Below are positions 44,557-53,361 of a stretch of 64,000 bases of DNA, piece by piece (position 1 is the first letter of the stretch; each line of letters begins with the position of its first letter). The notes beneath the pieces are model-generated. The model was not told the origin of the DNA. It worked only from the letters and a program-made list of their open reading frames with translations, and ran no database searches. Made by a program: the position numbers and the translations under genes. Where the stretch lies: contig CP070652.1 in assembly GCA_020354645.1 (NCBI GenBank), positions 190,330 through 254,329 on the forward strand, given 5' to 3'. Source of the stretch: Deltaproteobacteria bacterium (GTDB lineage: Bacteria; Desulfobacterota; Desulfobacteria; Desulfobacterales; G020354645).

Positions 44557-45249
44557 ATGGCAGACAGTTTGCCAACGAACATTCACGAGTTGGCGGAACT
44601 AAGAAATCGGACGGCAGTGTTTCACGACCGGATCCACGCCGGCCAGGTACTGGCTGAAATGTTGTCGGCTTTTGATCAAAACGGCGGAATCGTGCTGGGT
44701 ATCCCGGCAGGCGGTGTGCCGGTTGCCGCTGAAATTGCCAAAAAACTCGGTTTGCCGTTTGATATAGCCGTGGTGAGCAAAATCACGCTTCCGTGGAATA
44801 CTGAGGCCGGCTATGGCGCTGTGGCTTTCGACGGAACTCACCGGTTAAACGAGGAGATGCTGCCCCGGCTGGGATTATCGCAAAAGGAGATACGAGCCGG
44901 TATCGAAAAAACAAGTTCAAAAGTTCTCCAGCGGGTTGTCAGCCTGCGGGGTGAAAAACCTTTCCCTGAGCTTTCCCGAAAAAAAGTCATTGTGGTCGAC
45001 GACGGTCTGGCTTCCGGCTTTACCATGCGTGTGGCGGTGGAGACTTTGAGCAAAGCAGGTGCAGAACACATCATAGTGGCGGTACCCACCGGCCATAGCG
45101 AAACTGTAGAAAAAATTTCCACTAAAGTCGAAGCGCTCTATTGCCCGAATATTCGTGGCGGTTGGCGTTTTGCGGTGGCAGATGCCTATGAGAAATGGTC
45201 GGATGTACCCGACATTGAAATTCGTAAAATAGTCAAGAAACTTCTGTGA
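44557..45249 (+). CDS. Type-I phosphoribosyltransferase-domain protein
   Basis: PRPP-binding loop VIVVDDGLASGFTM. 230 aa. Confidence 0.8.
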   Translation: MADSLPTNIHELAELRNRTAVFHDRIHAGQVLAEMLSAFDQNGGIVLGIPAGGVPVAAEIAKKLGLPFDIAVVSKITLPWNTEAGYGAVAFDGTHRLNEEMLPRLGLSQKEIRAGIEKTSSKVLQRVVSLRGEKPFPELSRKKVIVVDDGLASGFTMRVAVETLSKAGAEHIIVAVPTGHSETVEKISTKVEALYCPNIRGGWRFAVADAYEKWSDVPDIEIRKIVKKLL

Positions 45250-45638
45250 TTCTCATCAATATCATCATCAAGAAGATTTTTGTCCGAGCGGGGTAATATT
45301 TTTCCGGCAAGACAATAATATCGGTCGACAAACCATCTGTCAGCGCCCGAATGCGGGCAAGCTTTCTTCAGCCTTTCCAATTGGCTGACTACTTCAGTTC
45401 ATGGAGAATATTTCACTGTTGTCGGCCGTATTTCTTTTGGATCTCGCACTGCCATTTCTGTTAAACTCTGCTTTCGAAAGCTTTGGGTATTTCTTTACTG
45501 ACAGGATATCTCTATATTCTAAATTATTCATAAACAGAAAGCATACTCAAACCCCACCAGCAATTTCGGATAGCAATAAGAAGAGATCACTTGTTACCGC
45601 GTGTTTATTCTAGTATTATTATGTGTATCAAGAGGGAG

Positions 45639-46826
45639 ATGATGAACGGAGCTATCATAAACAGGCCTAAAAAATTAATCCTCTCTTCCATTTATATTAT
45701 ATTCTTGCTGACGATCCCTTGCGGGGCTCTTGTGGCCGGCAAGTTGGAAGACGCTCGAATTCCCGATGAGGTCTTAACCGAGCTTGCTTACCTGTTAAAG
45801 TTTATCGGTACTGAAAATGAGGCACCGAATTTTGAACCCGGGCGCATCGCTAATTTATTGGGCTTCGTTGCCAAACAAAATACAAATTCTAGATTATACC
45901 ATGACGGCACCTCCTTTGGCCTTCCTTCGGCTTATTACGGATTGGACATCAACCGCAGCCTTGAGGACGTACTTCGTTATGTCTACAACCCGTCTATCCC
46001 TTATTGCTCCATTGCGCCGTCGACTGTTCGAATTTGCCAATTGAAAGAAACCAATAAAGGCCAAAAATCGTGGCCCTTGCTGTGGAAACTTCTGCCCGAC
46101 CTTGACAAACCGATTGTCATAAGGGGTGTCGAAAGGGTCACCAATACACCGGATCTCTTTTCGGGCGCCTATTACTCCTATGACCAGGATAGAACCCTGA
46201 TACTGTTTAAATACCAGGACCGAAAAATATTAGCTTCGATTTCAAAACAAAAAGGCAAATCTGATGTGGGTAAAAAGGGGCTGGTTTTAGGAACAGATGA
46301 TAGTTGGGATTATATCTATACCGGTGAGGAAGGTTTGACAAAATCCGGTCTGAATTGGGTGCGTTCCTACATGTATGATTCTTTCGGTATCGCACTGTAT
46401 CATGAAATCAATCCTTCGAAACCATTGGTGCGGTGTGGCATATTTAAATGGGTGCGGGCCGGATGGGCGAAAATGAATGTGGTCAGGCCAGAACATATTT
46501 ACAACGGTATGGAACGCTTTGCAAAGGCTTTTAAACAAATCTTAGAATATCCAGAGCTGCCGAGGGATTATGAGCTGGCAAAAAGCTTTTCAAAAATTGA
46601 GAGTATGTCCTTTGAGGAGTTAAGAACAAAAATAAAAGATTATTTGACAACTCTTGAAAATCGATACCGCAACGAAAAGAAACTTTCCAAAAAATGGCGA
46701 ACGTATCTTTTTGAAAATGAAAAGTATATAAATCAGTTGAAAAGGGAGGAAATGCAATCCATCTTATTTGTTGAACACTTGAAACGATTACTGGGAAAGA
46801 ATTATCCTATGGATGCATCGCAATAA
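45639..46826 (+). CDS. Secreted hypothetical protein
   Basis: N-terminal signal-like helix (LILSSIYIIFLLTIPCGALVAG). AAGAGGGAG RBS before ATGATG at 45639/45642. No recognisable domain. Confidence 0.5.
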   Translation: MMNGAIINRPKKLILSSIYIIFLLTIPCGALVAGKLEDARIPDEVLTELAYLLKFIGTENEAPNFEPGRIANLLGFVAKQNTNSRLYHDGTSFGLPSAYYGLDINRSLEDVLRYVYNPSIPYCSIAPSTVRICQLKETNKGQKSWPLLWKLLPDLDKPIVIRGVERVTNTPDLFSGAYYSYDQDRTLILFKYQDRKILASISKQKGKSDVGKKGLVLGTDDSWDYIYTGEEGLTKSGLNWVRSYMYDSFGIALYHEINPSKPLVRCGIFKWVRAGWAKMNVVRPEHIYNGMERFAKAFKQILEYPELPRDYELAKSFSKIESMSFEELRTKIKDYLTTLENRYRNEKKLSKKWRTYLFENEKYINQLKREEMQSILFVEHLKRLLGKNYPMDASQ

Positions 46827-46876
46827 GCTTAAGGTTTATATCTTAATATCCTCAATTTTAAAGGAGGAAAATCCCA

Positions 46877-48325
46877 TTGGATAAAAAAACACATGAAATA
46901 TTAGAAATATTTGAAAAAATTAACCGCATTCCACGTTGTTCCAAAAAAGAGGAAAAAATTTCTCGATGGCTTGCGCAATGGGCCAGTCAAAATATGTATG
47001 ATTGTCGGAAAGATTCATCAGGAAATATCAATATCAAGGTGCCGGCAAGGCAAGCGGGAGCCAAAGCTCCAAGTATCATCATTCAGGGGCATATGGATAT
47101 GGTATGTGAGAAAACCGATGATTCAGGTCATGATTTTTCCTCGGATCCCATTCGGTGTATCTATGACGGAGAATGGTTGAAAGCCGATAAAACCACCCTC
47201 GGGGCAGACAATGGCATTGCGATTGCTATAGGACTGGCTCTCTCCGGTGACCCGGCCATTGTCCATCCCCCACTTGAGCTTCTTTTCACGGTCGATGAAG
47301 AGTCCGGCTTGACGGGGGCCAAAAACATGGACCCGGAATTCCTTGAGGGCAGCATACTTTTAAATATTGATTCAGAAGAAGAAGGGATTTTTACAATCGG
47401 ATGTGCCGGCGGCGAGGAAACGCGGATCGTTCTACCCATCAATTTTTCACAAATAACCTCCCAATACCATATATACAAGCTCACTGCCGCAGGCATGCGC
47501 GGCGGTCATTCCGGCATCGATATCAATAAGCACAGGGCCAGTGCCAATAAAATTCTGGCCCGCGCGCTTCATTTACTGGCGAAAACAGCCACCATGCAAT
47601 TGATATCCATCAAAGGCGGCACAACTCACAATGCCATTGCTCGCAGCGCCGAAGCCACCATTGCTTTAAGCCCGTCTGAATTTAGCCGTATTCAGGACTG
47701 CATCAAGAATTTTGGGCAAACCGTTATCAGTGAATACGCAGCCGCAGAAAATTCCCTGGCGCTGTCAATCAGCCAGCTAGAAAATGATCCAAACGACATT
47801 TCTGCCGCAACCCCCCAAGACACGTATAAAATAATCCAGTTGTTATTGGCACTGCCCCACGGTGTGACCGCAATGTCTGCGGACATAGAAGACCTGGTGG
47901 AGACCTCAAGCAACCTGGCCGCCATTGAAATTGAAGGGAAATCATTGAAGATTCTGACCAGCCAGCGAAGTTCCGTGATGTCAAAGCTTGAAGAAATCAC
48001 CGCAAAAGTGGAGGCCTCCGCTGCCCTGGCAGGCGCCACGATGCATCATGTAAACCGTTATCCGGCCTGGCAACCGAATACAGCCTCGCCACTGCTTGAA
48101 CGCTGCAAAGAGGTTTATCAAAAGCTTTTTTCCAAAGATCCAAAGGTGCAAACGATACATGCCGGATTGGAATGCGGCATCATCGGTTCGAAACACCGGA
48201 ATATGGATATGATCTCTTTCGGCCCGACCATCAAAAATCCGCATTCGCCGGATGAAAGGCTTTTTATTCCTTCGATTGCTAAAATTTGGGACTTTTTGGT
48301 GGCTTTATTAAAATCTTATTCCTGA
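46877..48325 (+). CDS. pepD: Aminoacyl-histidine (Xaa-His) dipeptidase, M20 family
   Basis: FEKINRIPRCS, GHMDMV, LGADNGIA, FTVDEESGLTGA and HSPDE blocks. AAGGAGG RBS 9 nt before the TTG start. Confidence 0.88.
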   Translation: MDKKTHEILEIFEKINRIPRCSKKEEKISRWLAQWASQNMYDCRKDSSGNINIKVPARQAGAKAPSIIIQGHMDMVCEKTDDSGHDFSSDPIRCIYDGEWLKADKTTLGADNGIAIAIGLALSGDPAIVHPPLELLFTVDEESGLTGAKNMDPEFLEGSILLNIDSEEEGIFTIGCAGGEETRIVLPINFSQITSQYHIYKLTAAGMRGGHSGIDINKHRASANKILARALHLLAKTATMQLISIKGGTTHNAIARSAEATIALSPSEFSRIQDCIKNFGQTVISEYAAAENSLALSISQLENDPNDISAATPQDTYKIIQLLLALPHGVTAMSADIEDLVETSSNLAAIEIEGKSLKILTSQRSSVMSKLEEITAKVEASAALAGATMHHVNRYPAWQPNTASPLLERCKEVYQKLFSKDPKVQTIHAGLECGIIGSKHRNMDMISFGPTIKNPHSPDERLFIPSIAKIWDFLVALLKSYS

Positions 48326-48403
48326 CAGCTACACGCCCGGGCCGGCTTAATGTCCCTGCCAAATTGATACCGCTAATATTAGCTTTCAATCCGTGGTGTC
48401 CGG

Positions 48404-49279
48404 CTACCCTTTTCCTGCCCGGACCTCGTCCAAAAATTCTCGCACCTGGCTGCTCGGTACTCCAAAGCCAATACTCTGGGCTTCGACGACACCGGCCGTG
48501 TTAACGCCGATCCATGCACCGGTAAGCGTAATAAGCGGCCCCCCCGAGGAGCCCGGGTTAATAGCGGTATCGGTTTGAATAAAACGAATATGCCGCGCTT
48601 CCTCACTCGAAACGCCGGAAAGATTGCGTCCTGTTTGGCTGATGATACCGGCGGTAACCGTATGGCCCAGACCCAGCGGATTGCCCACTGCTATCACTTG
48701 ATCACCGACACCAACCGCCTCAGCGTCACCCATTGGGAGAATCGAAAATTTCTGTTGCGATCCTCTGATTTTTAGAAGTGCAAGATCGAACACCGGATCC
48801 CGGGCTAAAACGTCCACCTTGTACCCTGTGCCCTCGCGCGTCAGCACCATGATCTCTTCTGCTCCCTGGATTACATGGTTGTTGGTCAGGATATAACCGG
48901 AAGGATGGATAAAAAATCCGGACCCCAAACCGGCACCGGGCACCGACACCCGAATACCCTTACCGATTTTTGGAATCAAACGAATGCGATAGGGAGTTTT
49001 GGTTTGGACATAGATACTGACGACTGCGCGTTTTGATTTTTCGGCAACCTGTCTGATCAGCTGGGTGTGAAAGGGCATATCCGCCACTGTATTTTTGGTT
49101 TCGACCAGCAGGTCCTCCGATTTGGCACCAAGCAGTTCACGTGCAGCCGGACGCAGAAGCGTCGGTCCTTCGACCAGAAACCCGGGCTCCTCTAAAGTAG
49201 CACAGCCCCAAATCGTAAATACCGCCAGGACGGCAAATATCATTACCAATAATTTATTCACTTTCTTCTCCTTTCCCAA
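48404..49279 (-). CDS. Trypsin-like S1C serine protease lipoprotein (HtrA-like catalytic domain, no PDZ)
   Basis: Lipobox TIWGC. Catalytic triad contexts TNNHVI, DLALLKI and NPGSSGGPL. Confidence 0.85.
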   Translation of the reverse strand: MGKEKKVNKLLVMIFAVLAVFTIWGCATLEEPGFLVEGPTLLRPAARELLGAKSEDLLVETKNTVADMPFHTQLIRQVAEKSKRAVVSIYVQTKTPYRIRLIPKIGKGIRVSVPGAGLGSGFFIHPSGYILTNNHVIQGAEEIMVLTREGTGYKVDVLARDPVFDLALLKIRGSQQKFSILPMGDAEAVGVGDQVIAVGNPLGLGHTVTAGIISQTGRNLSGVSSEEARHIRFIQTDTAINPGSSGGPLITLTGAWIGVNTAGVVEAQSIGFGVPSSQVREFLDEVRAGKG

Positions 49280-49406
49280 CTTATTTCTCTGTAAGATCGG
49301 ATATTTTTGAGATAGCAGTGTTGTGCCTATGAAATAACTGTCAAAACTGGAACGATTGAAAATTTATGCTCAGCCCATCGGAGATGATAGGTTGACCACC
49401 ACCCCT

Positions 49407-50867
49407 TCAGTCTGTTTCAGCCGATAAAACGCCGGTCAAGCGCTGTTTCACATAATCGAAAAAGGGATTGTAACGGAGACGCATAAGCTGACTTACCGAA
49501 ACCCTGAGTATATTTCGCTCACCGCGTGGCTCAATGGACCCCAAACGAAGGCCGGATATTGGACCCTCTTGCTTACCACTCCCATAAACTGGATCCTCGG
49601 GAGCAACCGGGATTGCAACGTGGGACAGAGAATATAGTCCTCGCGGCCAGTTGAGATCCAGGGAAGCGTTGTTAAACATTTTGGATCGCGGCATCTTGGT
49701 TTTCGCAATGATAGCCAGCGAATCAGGGCTGGCGTTGGTGACGACCGTGATTTTGTATGGTAAGTCAGTCCTTTTTTCGAGTTGCATCAAAAGTTTGGAG
49801 TGGTCCGAAGCCAGAAAGTCCTTTAACGGAGCATGCCGATTGACGTCAAAAATTACGAGTTCACTGTTTGGATTTTCAATCTTGTTGTGGAGTTTCTCGA
49901 TTATTGCAGGGATCAATACTGTGGAATCCACTAATGATTGAAACGTCAGAATTGGTGGCAGTTTGTAAATTTGACCGGCCCGTTTGACCTCGTCGATCTG
50001 ACGTTGAACCTTGCGGGTCAAGTGATAAATCTGATCGCCGGCATTTTTTGAAAACGAGTTGTATTTGAAAGGATCATACTCTGGTTGAATGGATGTCCAT
50101 TTAAATTTTTCAAAATATGGGATGAAGCTTAAAATTTTATGCCAATCGGCTACTGCTCCCAACCGGGATACGCCAATCGCTGGAGAAAAGAGAACCAACC
50201 TTTGCGGCATGGGCAAATTCGAATTCTGCGCCGCATCCAAAGTATATTTGACTGCCAGCGCGCCACCGTTTGAATAACCCACTACATAAAACGGGCTATG
50301 CTTGTCAATCTGCTTGCGAACGTGAGCTGCACCGACCTTGGTTGCCGCCAACCAATCTGCCCATGTTACTGACGTAAGTGCCGCCGGAATAGTACCATGC
50401 CCCGGGATTCGAAGGCCCAAAACGTAAAAACCCTGCTGTTTAAAAATTTCTGCGACGCCTCTGAGACTGTAAGGTGAATCTGTGAGACCATGAAGAAATA
50501 AGGCGCCTCCCCTGATCTTAGACGGAATAAACTCATATGAACGATTCCAGTTTCGGGAGAAGCTTTGGGGGTTGCTGGGGCTGCGAAAGGAGTATCGATT
50601 AAATTTCAACGCCCCCGTTTGCTCGACTTTCTGGTAAACCTCCTCCCCAAGCTCTTTAAAAAGCCGCTCTTCAATCCTCAGATAGTCTTGAAATGTGAAG
50701 TTTTCGTGATAATCGCCCGCTTTAAATTCGGCATCCAGTGATGCCCGATGCCAAACACCAAGCGCCGGCATCCGCCGTGCATCAAAGGCCCGTACGAGGA
50801 TTATGGTAAACACGGGCAAAAGGATTATCAGGAAAACTTTCACAAGGACTTTTAGTACACGTTTCAT
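49407..50867 (-). CDS. Membrane-anchored alpha/beta-hydrolase (lysophospholipase/monoacylglycerol-lipase-like)
   Basis: LHGLTDSP oxyanion region and the GYSNGG nucleophile elbow. The likely start is ATG 50867 (MKRVLKVL..., TM anchor), just after the upstream stop. The track ORF starts at 50918. Confidence 0.75.
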   Translation of the reverse strand: MKRVLKVLVKVFLIILLPVFTIILVRAFDARRMPALGVWHRASLDAEFKAGDYHENFTFQDYLRIEERLFKELGEEVYQKVEQTGALKFNRYSFRSPSNPQSFSRNWNRSYEFIPSKIRGGALFLHGLTDSPYSLRGVAEIFKQQGFYVLGLRIPGHGTIPAALTSVTWADWLAATKVGAAHVRKQIDKHSPFYVVGYSNGGALAVKYTLDAAQNSNLPMPQRLVLFSPAIGVSRLGAVADWHKILSFIPYFEKFKWTSIQPEYDPFKYNSFSKNAGDQIYHLTRKVQRQIDEVKRAGQIYKLPPILTFQSLVDSTVLIPAIIEKLHNKIENPNSELVIFDVNRHAPLKDFLASDHSKLLMQLEKRTDLPYKITVVTNASPDSLAIIAKTKMPRSKMFNNASLDLNWPRGLYSLSHVAIPVAPEDPVYGSGKQEGPISGLRLGSIEPRGERNILRVSVSQLMRLRYNPFFDYVKQRLTGVLSAETD

Positions 50868-50877
50868 GAGTATACCG

Positions 50878-51996
50878 CTAATTTCGCTGATGTATGGGAC
50901 TTTGCTTGAGTTGTTCAATGATTAGGGTCACAGCCGGCGGTATCCGCTCACTTTTTTCTGAAACATTTCGAATCATGGATAGGTGTGTGCCGCGAACGAT
51001 CCGATGAGGAACCCCGTCCAGCCGCGAGGTAGATACCGTAACAATCCCATCGCCCAAACTATCGCTGACAGATTTTAAAAACTTTTTCAGCTCACCGAGC
51101 ATCTGATGTTCATTTTCAGATACTTCATCATGGATGGATTCAACAAACTCGTTGATGTCATCTTCATGCCAAGGACTGGCCACACCGGCGATCACAGACA
51201 TTTTTACACCTACCGGTTGAGGACGCGAATTTAGTCTGGTCAGAAACTTGCTGTCCGGCAGGAGATCGATCTTGGCTTCACCAGCACCGTCCAAAATCCA
51301 TTTAAGCCAATGGCCTTTACCTTCCGTGGCATTAATCCATTGATCTCGAAATTCCGTAAACACGCTAAAACGAGCAAGCTCCGAACCGTGGTTGGGGGTT
51401 CCCACCATGATGAGATCAACTACTTCCGGCACTTCGCCTGTTCCAGCTTTCTCAATGTATAAAAGATCAGGATTGGTCAGCATCTCGCGGGATACCAACC
51501 CGCCCATACTGTGCGCCACAATGCTGATGCGGTTGGTGCCGAGTTCTTTGAAACCACCTAACTCGTCAAAAAAGAGGCGCGCCGACATTGCAATCGGCTG
51601 ATCATTGGGATAACTCATTTCCCAAACATTAAAACCTTCTGCGGCTAAAGCGGGTGCCAGATTCATCCATACTTTTCCCGGTTCATCCAACCCGTGAATC
51701 AGGACGACTGTGGGGTAAAATTGTTTATTTGGTAGTGGGATGGCAAGGTTTGACCGAAACTGATGCAATCCGTATGTACCGGCCTCTTTGGCAGCTTGAT
51801 CAGGAAATTTACGTTCCACAGCCTCACGAATCTGTCGGCGAAGGCCTTTCTCCTCTTCACGGAAAAAATCCAAGCCAAAATGCCATCCAAAGATCAGCCC
51901 AAAAGATATTCCTATGGCAATCAACCAGCGCCGCCGCTTGCCGGTTTTAGTTTCTCTTTTTCCATTCCCTAAAATTCCAGCTCTTTCTTTAACCAC
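50878..51996 (-). CDS. Membrane-anchored alpha/beta-hydrolase (PGAP1/lipase-like)
   Basis: N-terminal TM helix, LIHGLDEPG, AHSMGG nucleophile elbow. Confidence 0.75.
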   Translation of the reverse strand: MVKERAGILGNGKRETKTGKRRRWLIAIGISFGLIFGWHFGLDFFREEEKGLRRQIREAVERKFPDQAAKEAGTYGLHQFRSNLAIPLPNKQFYPTVVLIHGLDEPGKVWMNLAPALAAEGFNVWEMSYPNDQPIAMSARLFFDELGGFKELGTNRISIVAHSMGGLVSREMLTNPDLLYIEKAGTGEVPEVVDLIMVGTPNHGSELARFSVFTEFRDQWINATEGKGHWLKWILDGAGEAKIDLLPDSKFLTRLNSRPQPVGVKMSVIAGVASPWHEDDINEFVESIHDEVSENEHQMLGELKKFLKSVSDSLGDGIVTVSTSRLDGVPHRIVRGTHLSMIRNVSEKSERIPPAVTLIIEQLKQSPIHQRN

Positions 51997-52316
51997 TCCT
52001 TTACCTCACCCTCCAATGCGTACACCCCTTTGAGCTCACAAATCGGTTTTTCAAATTGGTGGGGCAATTCGAATTTGGCCAGTTCAACGGCCTCTTCTGA
52101 ATTTCGCCGTATGAGATAAATATAATACGGTTTGGACCAGCAATTAACGACAAAATAATGGGTGTAATCATCCTTAGACCGGATGACGTATCCGTCACCA
52201 CGAACCCAGTTGTTTCCCCACTCGAGATAAAGCCGCACGGCTTCCTCGGGTGTCATTTCCCAATTGATCTCATCAATGAGTTCTCTTTCCTGTTTTAATT
52301 CTTCGAGGGTCAGCAT
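51969..52316 (-). CDS. Hypothetical protein (about 115 aa)
   Basis: ORF with a GAAGGGGAAA RBS before ATG 52316. The track ORF starts at 52349. No motif recognised. Confidence 0.45.
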   Translation of the reverse strand: MLTLEELKQERELIDEINWEMTPEEAVRLYLEWGNNWVRGDGYVIRSKDDYTHYFVVNCWSKPYYIYLIRRNSEEAVELAKFELPHQFEKPICELKGVYALEGEVKEWLKKELEF

Positions 52317-52524
52317 GTTGTTTTTCCCCTTCAATTTTTTCAATGCCATTTGACATAGTTACAGACGAGACTAAGGGCTCTTAAACAAAAGATCACAAAA
52401 TGGCTTCTCAAACCGCTTTGAGTAATTGAAATTGGGTTATTTTTCGGTAAAAAGTGCGTCGGGCATCGCAATATGTCAAGGCATCGATTTCAAGAAAAAT
52501 GACATCCAGATAGTGTTTGAAACC

Positions 52525-53361
52525 TCAGGCGGATAAGGCTTTCTTTGCTGTCCTGTTGAACAGATATATAAACAAAACGGCAACCAGCCAGCCGGCGATA
52601 ATATCGACGGCATAATGAAACATACAGTAGACGGTAGCAATTGAAAGGAAAAAGAGAACCGACCAGTAATAAATTTTCAATCTGCCCAGATGATTGTGTG
52701 CCCACCAGGCTACCAGAAAAGTTACGGCAACGTGGGAACTCGGAAAAGCTCCCCCGGCATTGTCACCCTTCGCGTAAAAATAATCCACGATAGCTTTAAA
52801 TAGCCCACCACCTTGAAAATAATCGTGTCTCAATTTGAGGGGTCCCTCAACCGGCAGGAATATGTATATCAAAAAACATACATAAAATAAGATAGAAATC
52901 TCGTAGACAAAACGTTCGAACAGCTTTTTGTCCTTCGGATACAACAGGAATGCGGTCATTGGAATAACAATGTAATAATTTGCATACGCAAAGTGAAAAA
53001 ACTCATCCAGGAACAGGTTCCCATTTTCTCCACGGAGATAAAAAGCGGGAAATTTGCCGAAGATTTTGACATCAAGATTCAAAAAAAAATCATCGAGAAA
53101 GCGCGGTATAACCACTGTATTGAGCATTCCTGACTGATAGTGCAAAAAAGCATATAACACCAAGGGATACCAGAGGCTCATAATAAAGAAGGTTGCATGG
53201 TTCCGCCGATTCAGGCTAAGCAACAGGATGATAAAAATAACAGAAAGGTTGAAGGTGATATGATAAGCTTGCAGAGAAATCTTTTTCCAAAAAACGAGAA
53301 CAAAAAAGACGACAACCAAGTTGTAGATTATCGTCATCCTATCGGTACCATTCAGATTCAC
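52525..53361 (-). CDS. PAP2-superfamily integral membrane protein with sphingomyelin-synthase/Aur1-like motifs
   Basis: About 6 TM helices. AFPSSHVAV (S-x-H) and FHYAVDIIAGW (H-Y-x-x-D) motifs. ATGA overlap with the upstream SDR gene. Confidence 0.72.
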   Translation of the reverse strand: MNLNGTDRMTIIYNLVVVFFVLVFWKKISLQAYHITFNLSVIFIILLLSLNRRNHATFFIMSLWYPLVLYAFLHYQSGMLNTVVIPRFLDDFFLNLDVKIFGKFPAFYLRGENGNLFLDEFFHFAYANYYIVIPMTAFLLYPKDKKLFERFVYEISILFYVCFLIYIFLPVEGPLKLRHDYFQGGGLFKAIVDYFYAKGDNAGGAFPSSHVAVTFLVAWWAHNHLGRLKIYYWSVLFFLSIATVYCMFHYAVDIIAGWLVAVLFIYLFNRTAKKALSA

